Assembly: GCA_033763455.1 (NCBI GenBank)
Contig: JANRKO010000047.1
Span: 32,001 to 96,000, forward strand
Reading direction: 5' to 3'
From: Polyangiaceae bacterium
Lineage (GTDB): Bacteria; Myxococcota_A; Polyangia; Polyangiales; Polyangiaceae
DNA length: 64,000 bases
Shown in pieces: positions 27,429-37,766 of the stretch. The notes below the pieces were generated by a model. That model made no database searches. It saw nothing but the letters and a program-made list of their open reading frames with translations, and had not been told where the DNA came from. The number at the start of each line of letters is the position of its first letter. The stretch's first letter is position 1. A program made the position numbers and the translations under genes.

Positions 27429-27719
27429 TCAGGCGGCCCGACCAATGGTCGCGTCGCCGCGCACTAGCGTTTCCGCCGAGGACGGCAGCACAACCTCAGC
27501 CACCGAGGGACCGTAGAATCGAGAACGCACGGTTGCGACCAGCGCCAAAAGCTCACGCTGGGTAGCGACCTTGCTGTCCATGAGCAGGCGCATGTAGCCG
27601 TCGGCATAGCCCTGGGCGTGTGCCAAACGGGCGTGTGGACCACCGGCTTCTTTAAGTTCCAGGACGTCAGTGAGTAAGGTCTCGAGAACGCGCAACTGGT
27701 CAGTGTTATTTGAGCTCAT
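27429..27719 (-). CDS. Hypothetical protein (96 aa)
   Basis: RBS GGAGG; AQGYADGYM motif. Confidence 0.65.
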   Translation of the reverse strand: MSSNNTDQLRVLETLLTDVLELKEAGGPHARLAHAQGYADGYMRLLMDSKVATQRELLALVATVRSRFYGPSVAEVVLPSSAETLVRGDATIGRAA

Positions 27720-28010
27720 AGTGGCCTCCGGCAATGGGTCGCCCAGACCCGCCCTTGGTAACGGGCGCCCGCGATTAGGGCCAAGTTCGCGCAAAAAACA
27801 GGTAGCAGTACCGCGCCGGAAGTAGGTGCGTGGGAAGACCCAAGTCAGATTCGCCCAGTTCATCATGGGCGGTCAGGTCGCGGGCCGTGTGCCGAGCAGG
27901 CCGCTACCGCATGGGCCAATTGACTCAGAGCCAAACCGGCCTAAGGTTAAGTCATCCACAGTCCTGCAGGCAGACCCCAAAAAGGCCGCCATGTTTGAGG
28001 GCCAAAAAGC

Positions 28011-28409
28011 ATGAAACTGAATCTTTTCAAGTCCAAGATCCACCGCGCGACCGTCACCCACGCAGATCTGGAGTACGAGGGCAGCGTGAGCATCGACGCC
28101 GATCTTCTGCGCGAAGCCAACATCGTACCGTACGAAGCGGTACATATCTGGAACGTCTCTCGCGGCACGCGCCTGATGACCTACGCCCTTCCTGGGCCGT
28201 CCGGCTCGGGCGTAATCTGCATCAATGGCGCTGCCGCCCACCTCAATCAGCCCGGCGATCTGGTGATTTTGGCCACCTTTGCAGAGATGACGGCTGAGGA
28301 AGCTCAAACTCACAAGCCGCGCGTGGTCCGCGTAGATGCGCACAATCGCATCACCGATACCTCGGATGAGGTCCCGGGCCCCGCAATGCCCATGGCTCTA
28401 GTTTCGTAA
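28011..28409 (+). CDS. panD: Aspartate 1-decarboxylase
   Basis: [14 protein letters not shown] self-cleavage site, TY, NGAAA. Confidence 0.97.
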   Translation: MKLNLFKSKIHRATVTHADLEYEGSVSIDADLLREANIVPYEAVHIWNVSRGTRLMTYALPGPSGSGVICINGAAAHLNQPGDLVILATFAEMTAEEAQTHKPRVVRVDAHNRITDTSDEVPGPAMPMALVS

Positions 28410-28449
28410 GTGCCCCTTTTGGGCCTGGGAAAGGTAAGGTTGGCCGCCG

Positions 28450-29481
28450 ATGACGGACCCAGCACCCGAGCTTACCCCAAGAGCGCTGCGCGCATCCATT
28501 GAGCTAGACTGCGTGTGCAGCGCATGGGCCCAGGAAATCTTGGGCCTAAGAGAGCACGACCCTGAGCAGAACTTTGCGACACCCTGGGGTGACCTCAACG
28601 AGCTCTTGAATTCGGAACATCGAACAACCGCTCAACGCCGCTTGCTAGCGCTGGCCCTCGCGGTTGGCGCCCAGTCGCTCCTTGAGGATAAAGAGTTAAC
28701 GTCAAAGATGATCATGGCGCGCTTCGTCGAGCTCGCGCACGCTGGAAAGATCAACGCTCTCGGGGTGGTCGACGAAGTGTTTGGCGCCGAGGCTGCGTCC
28801 CTCTGGCGCGCAATCCCGTTGCCTCCATCCAAGCCACTCAGGACAATTCTGGTGGACGGCCAGCTGTTGGATCCGCCACGGCCCGCATGGCTCACCGGGC
28901 TACTTGGGCTATCGGCAATCCTTCTGATTAGAAGGATCGGTTCAACCCTTGGCCGCTGGTTGCTCGGCTACCGTACGCCTGCGCGCTTGCGCGTCGTGGA
29001 AATGGGGCTTGAGCTCCGCTACCGTCGGCAATTTCTGGGGCGGACGCTGGCAGAGGTAACGTTCTTGGTGCCCATGGACGAACTTTCACGCCTCACACGC
29101 GAAGTTCGCTATCGGGGCGCGTTGCTGTACGCGGGGCTTTCGGCACTTGTGCTCGGGAGTTACCTGGGAGCTGGCATGGTGTTGGATGGGCTACGCGTTC
29201 CCAATGGTTCCCTGCCCCTCATCACCACGGGAGTGCTGGCGGTTTTGGCGGGCCTCGCCTTGGACTTCGTTAGCACCACCGCCTTCGACAGCTTCCGTGG
29301 GCGCAACCGCCTGTGCATTCAGTCGCGCTCTGGTTTTGCGTTTTCCTTGGGCGACGTTTCGCCAAAAGAAGCGGAGAGTTTGCTTGGCTACTTCCAGCTG
29401 GATGCTACTGCTGGCGTGGAGGCGCAGCCCAGCGCGCAACCTGGCTCCCAGGGCGAGAAACCTGAGACGGCACCAGGTTAA
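28450..29481 (+). CDS. Hypothetical membrane protein
   Basis: 343-aa ORF with about three TM segments. Confidence 0.7.
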   Translation: MTDPAPELTPRALRASIELDCVCSAWAQEILGLREHDPEQNFATPWGDLNELLNSEHRTTAQRRLLALALAVGAQSLLEDKELTSKMIMARFVELAHAGKINALGVVDEVFGAEAASLWRAIPLPPSKPLRTILVDGQLLDPPRPAWLTGLLGLSAILLIRRIGSTLGRWLLGYRTPARLRVVEMGLELRYRRQFLGRTLAEVTFLVPMDELSRLTREVRYRGALLYAGLSALVLGSYLGAGMVLDGLRVPNGSLPLITTGVLAVLAGLALDFVSTTAFDSFRGRNRLCIQSRSGFAFSLGDVSPKEAESLLGYFQLDATAGVEAQPSAQPGSQGEKPETAPG

Positions 29482-31040
29482 GGCGCCGAGGGTCGAGATG
29501 GAGCTCCGGTGGCGGGCGGCCCTTTCTTCGGAGCCACCTTCGGAGACGTGGGTGGTGGAGGTACCGGCGGGCGACGCGTGGAGCTCCGACCTTCGATTTG
29601 CGCCAGCCACGCGTCCACTAGATCAAGCCCCGCGCTTACCTGGGCGTCTGTAGCCAGAATCGTTCCAACAATCTTCTTTCCCTTAGCCTCAAAATGCGAA
29701 CTTTCGAGGAAGCGGTGTTGGCGTTGGCCCAGAAAAGCTCCGAACACTCCCAAATCAACGCTCGCGATCGACGCCACGGAGCGATCCATCAATGCCGCCG
29801 TGTCGACCGCGGAGGCTTCGGATCCTTCCTCCGCCTCGAGCTTAAGCATCACCCGGCCTCGTGGGAGCGTTTCCAACGTAACATTCACCCACTGTATGCT
29901 GTGTGGAATTCGGAACGGCATACCTTCGAAGGCGCGCCACGGAAGGACCAGCCGCGCCACCATCACCCGGTTAGGACCAGCCGCCCGCAAGCTAACATTC
30001 TTCTTCTTGGAAAGTGCGTCCGAAAGCGCACTCTGTGGGGCAACGATGACCAAATGGTCGTTCGGCAAGACGAAGTAGCGAGCAGCTCGATCAGCTCGGG
30101 CCCTGGCTACCGGGACTTCTGCTGGCAACCAGGCTCCCTCCGGATCACGTTTTACTAGTTGGTCGAGGGCTGCCCGAAGCGTGGCCTTCGGAATGTGATG
30201 ATGGAGCACTACCACGATATTTGAAGAATCGCGGAATTGTGGACCAGCAATCAAGATGCGGTCGATATCACGGATCGGATCTAGCCCGGTGGGACCGAAA
30301 AAATCTCGCCATTGATACAGCGAGGAAAGGATGCGCCCGATACGCGGCCCCAAGCTGTGGCTGCGAATGGTCTCGGTGTAGATGATCGCACTCACGTTAG
30401 CGTTGCTGTCGGCAACCGCTCCCGCGCTGCCGCTCAACGCCACCGGATCCCCACCGGCATCACCCGCATCGAGGAGCGCCGAGCCCGCTTCCGCATCCCC
30501 CGCGTCGGCGCCCGTAGCAGCGTCGGAAGCGGCTACCGCATCGCTTGCGTCACTGCCGGTCGCATCGGGCCCGGCGTCGGCCTGCGCTGCGTCCGCAATT
30601 TCCTCCCCTGCATCGGGCCCCGCATCCGCCTCGGCGTCACCCGAGTCGACCTCAGCATCGGTGCCCGCATCGACGTCCGCATCCACCGCGGCGTCGCTTT
30701 GTGCGTCTTCGGCACTCGCATCCTTCGGCTTCGGAGCGCCCGCGTCCTGCACGCGGAAGTCTTCCTCCGAGGGGGCTTCGGGCGCGGCGGTTGGCTCGGC
30801 TTCCGGAGGCGCCGATGCCGCACGCTCCGCACCCGGATCTGTGTCCAATAGCTCGACGGGGATGCCACGGATCTCGCCTAAATCAGGCACTGGCTCGGGC
30901 TGCTTTAGCAACGAGAACCAGCCGAGAAGGCCGAGGAGCGGAGTGAAAGGCAAGTGGAGGAGCAGCGAGAGCCAGACAAACTTCCCGAGCCCCCTGACGC
31001 GCGTGTGCTTGGGGCCACTCGGGCGCGTCAGGGTTTCCAC
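29478..31040 (-). CDS. Membrane-anchored protein with TonB/TolA-like TM and acidic DAG-repeat linker
   Basis: WLSLLLHL (SxxxH) TM; Asp/Ala/Gly low-complexity stretch; globular C-terminal domain. Confidence 0.7.
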   Translation of the reverse strand: METLTRPSGPKHTRVRGLGKFVWLSLLLHLPFTPLLGLLGWFSLLKQPEPVPDLGEIRGIPVELLDTDPGAERAASAPPEAEPTAAPEAPSEEDFRVQDAGAPKPKDASAEDAQSDAAVDADVDAGTDAEVDSGDAEADAGPDAGEEIADAAQADAGPDATGSDASDAVAASDAATGADAGDAEAGSALLDAGDAGGDPVALSGSAGAVADSNANVSAIIYTETIRSHSLGPRIGRILSSLYQWRDFFGPTGLDPIRDIDRILIAGPQFRDSSNIVVVLHHHIPKATLRAALDQLVKRDPEGAWLPAEVPVARARADRAARYFVLPNDHLVIVAPQSALSDALSKKKNVSLRAAGPNRVMVARLVLPWRAFEGMPFRIPHSIQWVNVTLETLPRGRVMLKLEAEEGSEASAVDTAALMDRSVASIASVDLGVFGAFLGQRQHRFLESSHFEAKGKKIVGTILATDAQVSAGLDLVDAWLAQIEGRSSTRRPPVPPPPTSPKVAPKKGPPATGAPSRPSAP

Positions 31041-31093
31041 GGGTGCACGATACCTCCGGGCGCCTTCTGCGCGAAGAACCGAGTGACAACTTC

Positions 31094-31109
31094 TGGCACG
31101 TTCCTAGCA
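31094..31109 (+). promoter_or_regulatory. Probable sigma-54 promoter upstream of the L,D-transpeptidase
   Basis: TGGCACGTTCCTAGCA versus consensus TGGCACG-N4-TTGCW (one mismatch). Confidence 0.5.
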
Positions 31110-31233
31110 GAACGTAGTGCGTTCGGGCACGCTTCAAGTAAGAGTCGAATGCCAAGCCCCAAAGTGTCATCTCGCCCCAAGCAGTGGATCCCTGGCCCCT
31201 GTCAGTAGTAAGCCAGACCAAAGCCGCCCCCAA

Positions 31234-32958
31234 ATGTCCGCCCATCACCTCAAATTCTTCGTCGCGTTTGCGCTGCTCTCCTCGGCTTGCGAGGAGCCGC
31301 CTCGCCCCACGCCGCAGCCTACCCAGGCCCCGCAAGCCCAGCCCACTCACGCTGTAGCTACGCCCGGGCCCAACGCCCCGGCCGAAGCACCCCCTAGCGC
31401 GGCTAGAGGTGGGGCGGCTTCGACCGAACCTGGCCCTCAACGTCCGGATGCCCACGTCAAGCTCGACTATCCTGGTCCGTGGTTCATCGTGACGGCGCGC
31501 GAAACCGGCGTTTACGCCGACACGAAAGCGGACCGAAACACCAAGCTTGCCTGGGCACGCAATGGGGGGCGTCTCGCCGTACTCCCGGATGTCACCAAGA
31601 GCGAAACTTGTTCGGCGGGTTGGTACCAACTCACCACCGGCGGTTACGTGTGCGGCAAAGATGGAGCCATCGAAGTAGAAGGCAAGAAAACCCGCTCAAC
31701 ACTCAAACAGCCCGCGCTCGAAGACATCCTGCCCTACAAGTACGCGCGCAACTCCAAACACGGCACCCCACTTTACCGCTCCATCCCCTCGCCTGAGCAG
31801 ATGCTGGAGTACGAGCCCTACTTGGCGGAAAAAAAGGCGAATAAAACCGCTGCAGGCAAAGAAAAAACTCCCGATGCCGACGCCGGTACCGAACAGATCG
31901 CGAGTGACGCCGGAAAACTAGCTCCAACAGCCAGTAGTGCCACGCCACGCACCCCTGTACCTGATGCCGGTGCTCCGGAGCCCGAGCTCGAGCTGAGCGA
32001 GGCGGAGGTTTCAGCCCTGAATGACGCTGGAGTTCCGTGGTGGCAAAAGGACGACGCCAGCGTCCACGACGTAACCCTGGACCAACTCGAAGAAGAGGGC
32101 GACGGCATTTTAGCCAAACGTATGGTGGCTGGCTTCTACGTGGCCGTAGACAGCGTATTTCACTGGAACAAGCGCACTTGGTACAAGACCACCAAGGGCA
32201 TGGTTGCACCCGCGGACCGCTTCTGGGTAACGGCGGGTCCTGAATTCAAAGGGGTCGAGCTCGACGGCACCAACTACGCGCTGCCAGTCGCCTGGGTGTA
32301 CGGCTGGCGCAAAGAGGCGGTCCTCTACGAGCTCGATGAGGCCAAAGACACGCTGAAGCCCAAAGGAACCGCCAAGCTGTTTCAGGCACTCAAGCTATCT
32401 GGGCGCACCCGTTCGGTGCGCGGCAAGCCCTACCACGAGTTGGCCGAAGGGCTCTGGATCTCCGATCGAAGCATCCGCGTCACGCAACCCGGCCCCCCAC
32501 CAGCGGGACTGCTACCAACCGAACGCTGGGTGGACGTGGATTTATCACAACAAACCTTAGTAGTTTTTGAAGGAACTCGCCCCGTGTACGCGACGCTGGT
32601 CTCTACGGGAAAATCTTCAAAAATTAAGGAGAAAGACCACAGCACCCCTATCGGCGAGTGGCGGATCCGCGAAAAGCACATCACCACAACCATGGATGGT
32701 GACGGCACCGCAGCCGGTGATCTGCCCTACAGCATCGAGGATGTGCCCTACGCGATGTACTACTACAAGGCATTCGCCTTACACGGGGCCTTCTGGCACA
32801 AAAATTTCGGCACCCAAATGAGCCACGGCTGTGTCAACCTCGCCCCGCTGGATGCAAAATGGTTGTTCTTCTTCACGGACCCACCGGTCCCGCACGGAGT
32901 GCACGGGGTCTGGGCGAGAGATAATCAGCCGGGCAGCCGCGTAGTGGTACATGAATAA
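31234..32958 (+). CDS. L,D-transpeptidase (YkuD) lipoprotein
   Basis: Lipobox SSAC; VDVDLSQQTL, VSTG, ALHGAFWH...SHGCVNL. Confidence 0.93.
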   Translation: MSAHHLKFFVAFALLSSACEEPPRPTPQPTQAPQAQPTHAVATPGPNAPAEAPPSAARGGAASTEPGPQRPDAHVKLDYPGPWFIVTARETGVYADTKADRNTKLAWARNGGRLAVLPDVTKSETCSAGWYQLTTGGYVCGKDGAIEVEGKKTRSTLKQPALEDILPYKYARNSKHGTPLYRSIPSPEQMLEYEPYLAEKKANKTAAGKEKTPDADAGTEQIASDAGKLAPTASSATPRTPVPDAGAPEPELELSEAEVSALNDAGVPWWQKDDASVHDVTLDQLEEEGDGILAKRMVAGFYVAVDSVFHWNKRTWYKTTKGMVAPADRFWVTAGPEFKGVELDGTNYALPVAWVYGWRKEAVLYELDEAKDTLKPKGTAKLFQALKLSGRTRSVRGKPYHELAEGLWISDRSIRVTQPGPPPAGLLPTERWVDVDLSQQTLVVFEGTRPVYATLVSTGKSSKIKEKDHSTPIGEWRIREKHITTTMDGDGTAAGDLPYSIEDVPYAMYYYKAFALHGAFWHKNFGTQMSHGCVNLAPLDAKWLFFFTDPPVPHGVHGVWARDNQPGSRVVVHE

Positions 32959-33083
32959 GGCACGGTTTCCCGGCCGGCCTTTCGCTCCCAGCAGATTTCC
33001 AGTGTCAGGGCCTAAACTCTTGGGCGGATCGAGCCGGATTGCTTGACACGGTCGTGGGTACGGACGATTTAACTGCGCGCGAT

Positions 33084-34100
33084 ATGGACCAGTTCTCGGC
33101 TCACCTCGACCGCGGCTGGGACCTTGTCCAGCGCGGGGATTCCGACGGAGCGGAAGCTTCTGGGAAACGTGCGCTTGAAATCGATAGCCAGTCGCCGGAA
33201 GCCTACAACCTCTTGGGCTACGTCGCCGCGTTGAAGGGCGAGTTCGAGGAAGCCGTTGAGCACTATACCCAAGCCATCGCCTTGGACGACACGTACTTGG
33301 AGGCGATGCTGAACGCCGCCGAGGTTTACATTCACCCTCTGGGTGAATTCGATGACGCCATCGCCATGTGCGAGCACGCACTTGATTTGGCGGAGACCGA
33401 AGACGAAGTCGTCGACGCACTACTCTTACACTTCGACGCGCTGCTCGGCCGCGGCGACATGGAAGCAGCCAAGCAGATTGTTCAGAGGTTTCCTAAAGGG
33501 CCCTTTGAAAATCCAAACCACACTTTCCTGGTGGGGCGCGCCTACTACGAGACGGGCGCCATTGATGAATCCCGGCAGCTCGTTGAAGACGCCGTGAAGC
33601 GCAACCCTTCAAACCCAGAGGCTCAATATTACCTCGGCCTGATTTTGGACGAGTTGGGTGAATCTGGGCTTGGCACTAGCGCATTTTTACGCTCCCGTGA
33701 GCTCGATCTACTACAGCCTGCGCCAGCTTGGTCGCTCTCCGTGGAGACGTTCCAAATGACAGCCAAAAGGGCGCTCCAGTCGCTGGAAGAGCCCTTAAAA
33801 CGCTTCATTCGCCAGGAAGAAGTCTACGTGTGCGACGTCCCAGGCGTGGAAGTGGTGGTTGATGGGGTAGATCCACGCGCACTGCTCCTTTTGGACAGCG
33901 TTTCGATCGCGCCCGATGATCCGAACCCCACCGCACGCGTCTTTGTCTATCAGCGTAATGTGGAGCGCCTGGCTGGAGCCATCGAATACGTGCAGAGCGA
34001 AATTCGTTCGGCTTTAGAACGCGAGTTAACGGCGGCCTTCTTGGAGCCAGCACCCGAAAACGCTAATTCCGGGGCACCTCCCGACTCGGCCGCGCATTAA
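33084..34100 (+). CDS. TPR protein with C-terminal degenerate zincin-like domain
   Basis: Multiple TPRs; C-terminal VDPRALLL...VFVYQRNVER...EIRSALEREL. Confidence 0.8.
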   Translation: MDQFSAHLDRGWDLVQRGDSDGAEASGKRALEIDSQSPEAYNLLGYVAALKGEFEEAVEHYTQAIALDDTYLEAMLNAAEVYIHPLGEFDDAIAMCEHALDLAETEDEVVDALLLHFDALLGRGDMEAAKQIVQRFPKGPFENPNHTFLVGRAYYETGAIDESRQLVEDAVKRNPSNPEAQYYLGLILDELGESGLGTSAFLRSRELDLLQPAPAWSLSVETFQMTAKRALQSLEEPLKRFIRQEEVYVCDVPGVEVVVDGVDPRALLLLDSVSIAPDDPNPTARVFVYQRNVERLAGAIEYVQSEIRSALERELTAAFLEPAPENANSGAPPDSAAH

Positions 34101-34103
34101 CGC

Positions 34104-35135
34104 TTAGGTAACTCGCAGCGCGAGCTGAAAAGCTACCTGTTCGAGCAGAGTGCGCGCCGGGCTCGGGGCAATTCCAACCAGCTGGGCCACCGCTTGCTCG
34201 GTGTGGCGTTTGGCGCGTTCTCGGACCTCATCGCACGCGCCGCTTTCGATCACCGCGCGGCTCACCTCGGCCACTCGGCGCGCATCCCCAGCGTGGATCT
34301 CGCTGAGCGGCTGGATGAGGGCCGGACGCCGAGCCACGGCGAGCACGAGAGGTAGAGTGAGCTTACCCTCGGTCAGATCGGCGAAGAGCGTCTTGCCGGT
34401 ATTTTCTCCGGAGTAGTCGAGAGCGTCGTCTACAAGTTGGAACGCGATACCAAGCAGTTCCCCAAACTGACCCAAACGTGCCTGAAGAGCTTCGTTGGCT
34501 CCACCCAGACGCGCACCGGTGCGTGTTGCCCACGCAAACAATGACGCGGTTTTCTTACGCAAAATCAGATCGTAGGTGGCTTCGCTGACGTCGAGCTCGG
34601 TGCGGCCCTTTAGCTGGACAACTTCGCCCTCCACCAAGCACCGAAGCGTTCCAACCAGATCGGCCATCGCGTCGGGTGCCACTTGTGACGTTCGCTCAAG
34701 GGCCGTGACTAACAGCAAGTCCCCCGCCAATACGCTCATTCCGTTTCCCCAGATCCGTCGCGCAGCAGGCGCGCCGCGACGCTCCTGGCCCTCATCCACT
34801 ACGTCGTCGTGAAGAAGCGTCGCCGAGTGGACGAGCTCGGCCACCACGCCTAGGTCACGCGCCACGCTTGGAATTTTTCCAAAGCAAGCGGCACTGAGGA
34901 GCAGAGCAAGAGGGCGCACCCGTTTGCCGCCGCGGCTGATAAGATGTGCTGCGGCAGAAACAGCTGGCTCGGGCCCGCCGATCAGAGCTTTGGCTAGCTC
35001 AGCCTCCAACCCAATTAGCTCCTGACCTAAGAAAGACTGCGCGTCGGCCAAGCGCTCTTGAAGTCGGCCACCGGTTTCACGGGCAGCGCCAGCTTCACTC
35101 AGCGTCGTCAGGGCGGCCGAAACCGATAACGGCAT
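34104..35135 (-). CDS. Polyprenyl diphosphate synthase (IspB-like)
   Basis: GGKRVRP, HDDVVD..RRG, KKT, FQLVDDALD; start estimated. Confidence 0.93.
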   Translation of the reverse strand: MPLSVSAALTTLSEAGAARETGGRLQERLADAQSFLGQELIGLEAELAKALIGGPEPAVSAAAHLISRGGKRVRPLALLLSAACFGKIPSVARDLGVVAELVHSATLLHDDVVDEGQERRGAPAARRIWGNGMSVLAGDLLLVTALERTSQVAPDAMADLVGTLRCLVEGEVVQLKGRTELDVSEATYDLILRKKTASLFAWATRTGARLGGANEALQARLGQFGELLGIAFQLVDDALDYSGENTGKTLFADLTEGKLTLPLVLAVARRPALIQPLSEIHAGDARRVAEVSRAVIESGACDEVRERAKRHTEQAVAQLVGIAPSPARTLLEQVAFQLALRVT

Positions 35136-35306
35136 AGATCCTCGGGAATTAGTGACGTTGGGCGTTTGGATGGCGGGACTATGCGGTACACCCCCGAGAA
35201 ACGTCAACGTCGCGTTGGGGTCGTCCATCAAGAGAAGGAGGCCTTCCCTGGCGGAATTTGCCACGCTGTTTGACGTGAACGCCCGGAGGGGGCTAAGCGT
35301 GGGGCC

Positions 35307-35774
35307 GTGGACAAGCCCGGTTCGATGCCGAGCCCAGCCGAACGGGTGGGCCAACGCGTTTCGCTTGGGCTGTATATCGGTCTCGTCACGGCGTTCACCC
35401 TGATATGCTCGTTGCAAGTCATTCTGCAAGCCTGGGCGACACCGGCGATAGGCCTCCCCGTAAATTGCCCTCAAAAGGCCGAATCGCTACTCCAAGGCCT
35501 GCGGCGAGCCCGGGAAGCGGCGCGTAAGGGGGATAGCGAACAACACAGCTTGGAGCTGTTTCGCACAGCCTTGGGCCCAGATTGGGACGCCAAAAACAGC
35601 ATAGCGAACGCTTGCGCCAACAATGCCCCATCCAGCCGCTTGATTCGAGAGATCGACCAACTTCGCTATGCGGAGGAGCACGCAGTGCGCTATGAAGCGC
35701 GGGAGCTCACGCAGCGCCGGCAGCGGGTCTCAACGCTCGAACGCGAGCTCGGCCTAGATCCGGCCCCCCACTGA
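35307..35774 (+). CDS. Hypothetical membrane-anchored protein
   Basis: N-terminal TM; ends 11 nt before the helicase start. Confidence 0.65.
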   Translation: MDKPGSMPSPAERVGQRVSLGLYIGLVTAFTLICSLQVILQAWATPAIGLPVNCPQKAESLLQGLRRAREAARKGDSEQHSLELFRTALGPDWDAKNSIANACANNAPSSRLIREIDQLRYAEEHAVRYEARELTQRRQRVSTLERELGLDPAPH

Positions 35775-35785
35775 AGACCGCCTGA

Positions 35786-37693
35786 ATGACCGCAGACCTG
35801 GACCCGAAACCCCTTCCCCTCCCCACCTTCGACGCACTTCCCCTCTCCAAAGAGTTGCGTCAGGCCGTCAACGAGCTCGGGTACATTCACCCGAGCCCAG
35901 TGCAGCTTGCCGTTTTCGAGCCCGCCACGCGCGGCCGCGATCTGGTGGTTCAGGCGCGAACGGGCACCGGAAAGACCGCAGCGTTTGGCCTTCCATTGGC
36001 CGACAGTTTGGTGCGGCGGCAGCAAAAAAACGTCCAGGCACTCGTGCTCTGCCCAACGCGTGAGTTGGCGCTACAGGTAAAGCGAGAAATCTCGTCTCTG
36101 TGCAAGTACCGCGAGTTAGTTGCGGTGCCCGTGTACGGCGGAGCACCGATGGCCAAGCAGGTCGCCGAGTTGAGTGAAGGCGCGCAGATTTTGGTGGGGA
36201 CACCTGGGCGCGTCTTGGACCACCTGGAACGGGGAACCTTCAATCCAAAAGATGTTCGGGTGGTGATCCTCGATGAGTCGGACGAAATGCTCTCGATGGG
36301 CTTTCTCCCGCAAATCAACGCCATTTTCGGGTATTTGCCCGAATCGCGCCAGACGCTCCTTTTTAGCGCCACCTTGCCCTCCGCCATCCAGCGTATGGCG
36401 CAAACGCGGTTGAAGAATCCAGAGTTTATCACTCTCAGCGGAGATAGCGTCGGGGCACTCGAGATCCAACACATTCTGTACCTGACCCATGGCGATAAGC
36501 TCGCCAATTTGATTCAGGTGATCGAAGTGGAAAACCCCGAAAGCGCGATCGTGTTTTGCAACACGCGAGACGAAACCAAGCGCGCGTGCGCCGCCCTTCA
36601 GGCCCAAGGCTTCGATGCCGAGTGGCTCAACGCAGATCTCCCGCAGAAAGATCGCGAACGGGTGCTCGGCCTCACGCGCGAAGGCAAAGTACGTTTCCTG
36701 GTCGCCACCGATGTGGCGGCGCGCGGCATCGATATCTCCCACCTCACGCACGTCATCAACCACGATTTTCCAGATTCTCCCGAAAATTACGTCCATCGAA
36801 CAGGCCGAACGGGCAGAGCTGGCCGCACCGGTACAGCCATCTCGTTGGTTTCGCCGTCACAAATCGGCAACCTCTACATGATGCGGTTAACCTACGGGAT
36901 CCCGCTGATTGAGAAGCAATTGCCGAGCGCGCGCGAGCTGCGTACCCGTTCGGAAATGGACGTCGTTGAGATGTTCGTGGCGGCAGCCAGCGAACGTCGC
37001 CCGCACGCGGATGATCTCGCACTCGCTCGTCGGTTGCTCACCCATGAACAAGCCGAACGAGTGGTCGCAGGCTTGCTCCGAGAACACCTCGGTGCCCGGC
37101 CAGAAACGTCCGATGTTGCCACGGCGGCCCGACGGGCGAAGCTCCCGCCGCCCGCACCCGTTCAGGTGGAAGCTCCCCCCGTATCGCCCACGGCCGCGCA
37201 CAGCCCGGCCGCCGCCCCGCGCGCAACCGCTTCGCCTGCCAATGGTAACGGCACCAACGGCAACGGCGACAAAGCGCGCCAGCCCAGCCGCGAACGACCG
37301 CGCGAGCCGTACGGGGAAAGAACGCGTGATGCACGGCCGCGCCAGCGCCGCGACCGCGGTGACCGCGAGGAATTCGGCTATACCGTACAAGATATGCCCG
37401 AAGCGTCGGGCCCCGGGGCAGGTACAAGTAGCTCCCGAGATGCGAGCTCCGTGGAAGGCCCCGAAGCAGAGGTTTTTGTGAACCTGGGGCGACGCGACGG
37501 AGTGGAGGCAGAAGCGCTCGTCACACTGTTGCGCAATCAAGGCCTCACGATCGGGGACAGCCAAGCGGTAAGGGTTCGGGACCGCCACACCTTTGTCAGC
37601 GTGCAACGTGAACAGCTCGCCGCCGCCCTGGCAGCCCTGGATGGCAGCGAGTTGGCCGGAAAAACGGCCCGTGCCGAGCAAGCTCGGCGCTAA
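35786..37693 (+). CDS. DEAD-box RNA helicase with DbpA RNA-binding domain (DeaD/CsdA-like)
   Basis: ARTGTGKT, PTRELA, DESD, SAT, ARGID, HRTGRTGR; C-terminal FVNLGRRDG. Confidence 0.93.
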   Translation: MTADLDPKPLPLPTFDALPLSKELRQAVNELGYIHPSPVQLAVFEPATRGRDLVVQARTGTGKTAAFGLPLADSLVRRQQKNVQALVLCPTRELALQVKREISSLCKYRELVAVPVYGGAPMAKQVAELSEGAQILVGTPGRVLDHLERGTFNPKDVRVVILDESDEMLSMGFLPQINAIFGYLPESRQTLLFSATLPSAIQRMAQTRLKNPEFITLSGDSVGALEIQHILYLTHGDKLANLIQVIEVENPESAIVFCNTRDETKRACAALQAQGFDAEWLNADLPQKDRERVLGLTREGKVRFLVATDVAARGIDISHLTHVINHDFPDSPENYVHRTGRTGRAGRTGTAISLVSPSQIGNLYMMRLTYGIPLIEKQLPSARELRTRSEMDVVEMFVAAASERRPHADDLALARRLLTHEQAERVVAGLLREHLGARPETSDVATAARRAKLPPPAPVQVEAPPVSPTAAHSPAAAPRATASPANGNGTNGNGDKARQPSRERPREPYGERTRDARPRQRRDRGDREEFGYTVQDMPEASGPGAGTSSSRDASSVEGPEAEVFVNLGRRDGVEAEALVTLLRNQGLTIGDSQAVRVRDRHTFVSVQREQLAAALAALDGSELAGKTARAEQARR

Positions 37694-37766
37694 GGGCCCG
37701 ACAAACTCGTTGGCTTGAGCCGTTTCCCTTTGCACCTCCTGCCCCAGAACGCTAACAAACCGGCCT

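Noticed and set aside
27952..27960. DnaA box-like TCATCCACA
   Set aside because: Single mismatched copy with no oriC context.
36270..36290. DESD in place of DEAD as an inactive helicase
   Set aside because: It fits DExD and all other motifs are intact.
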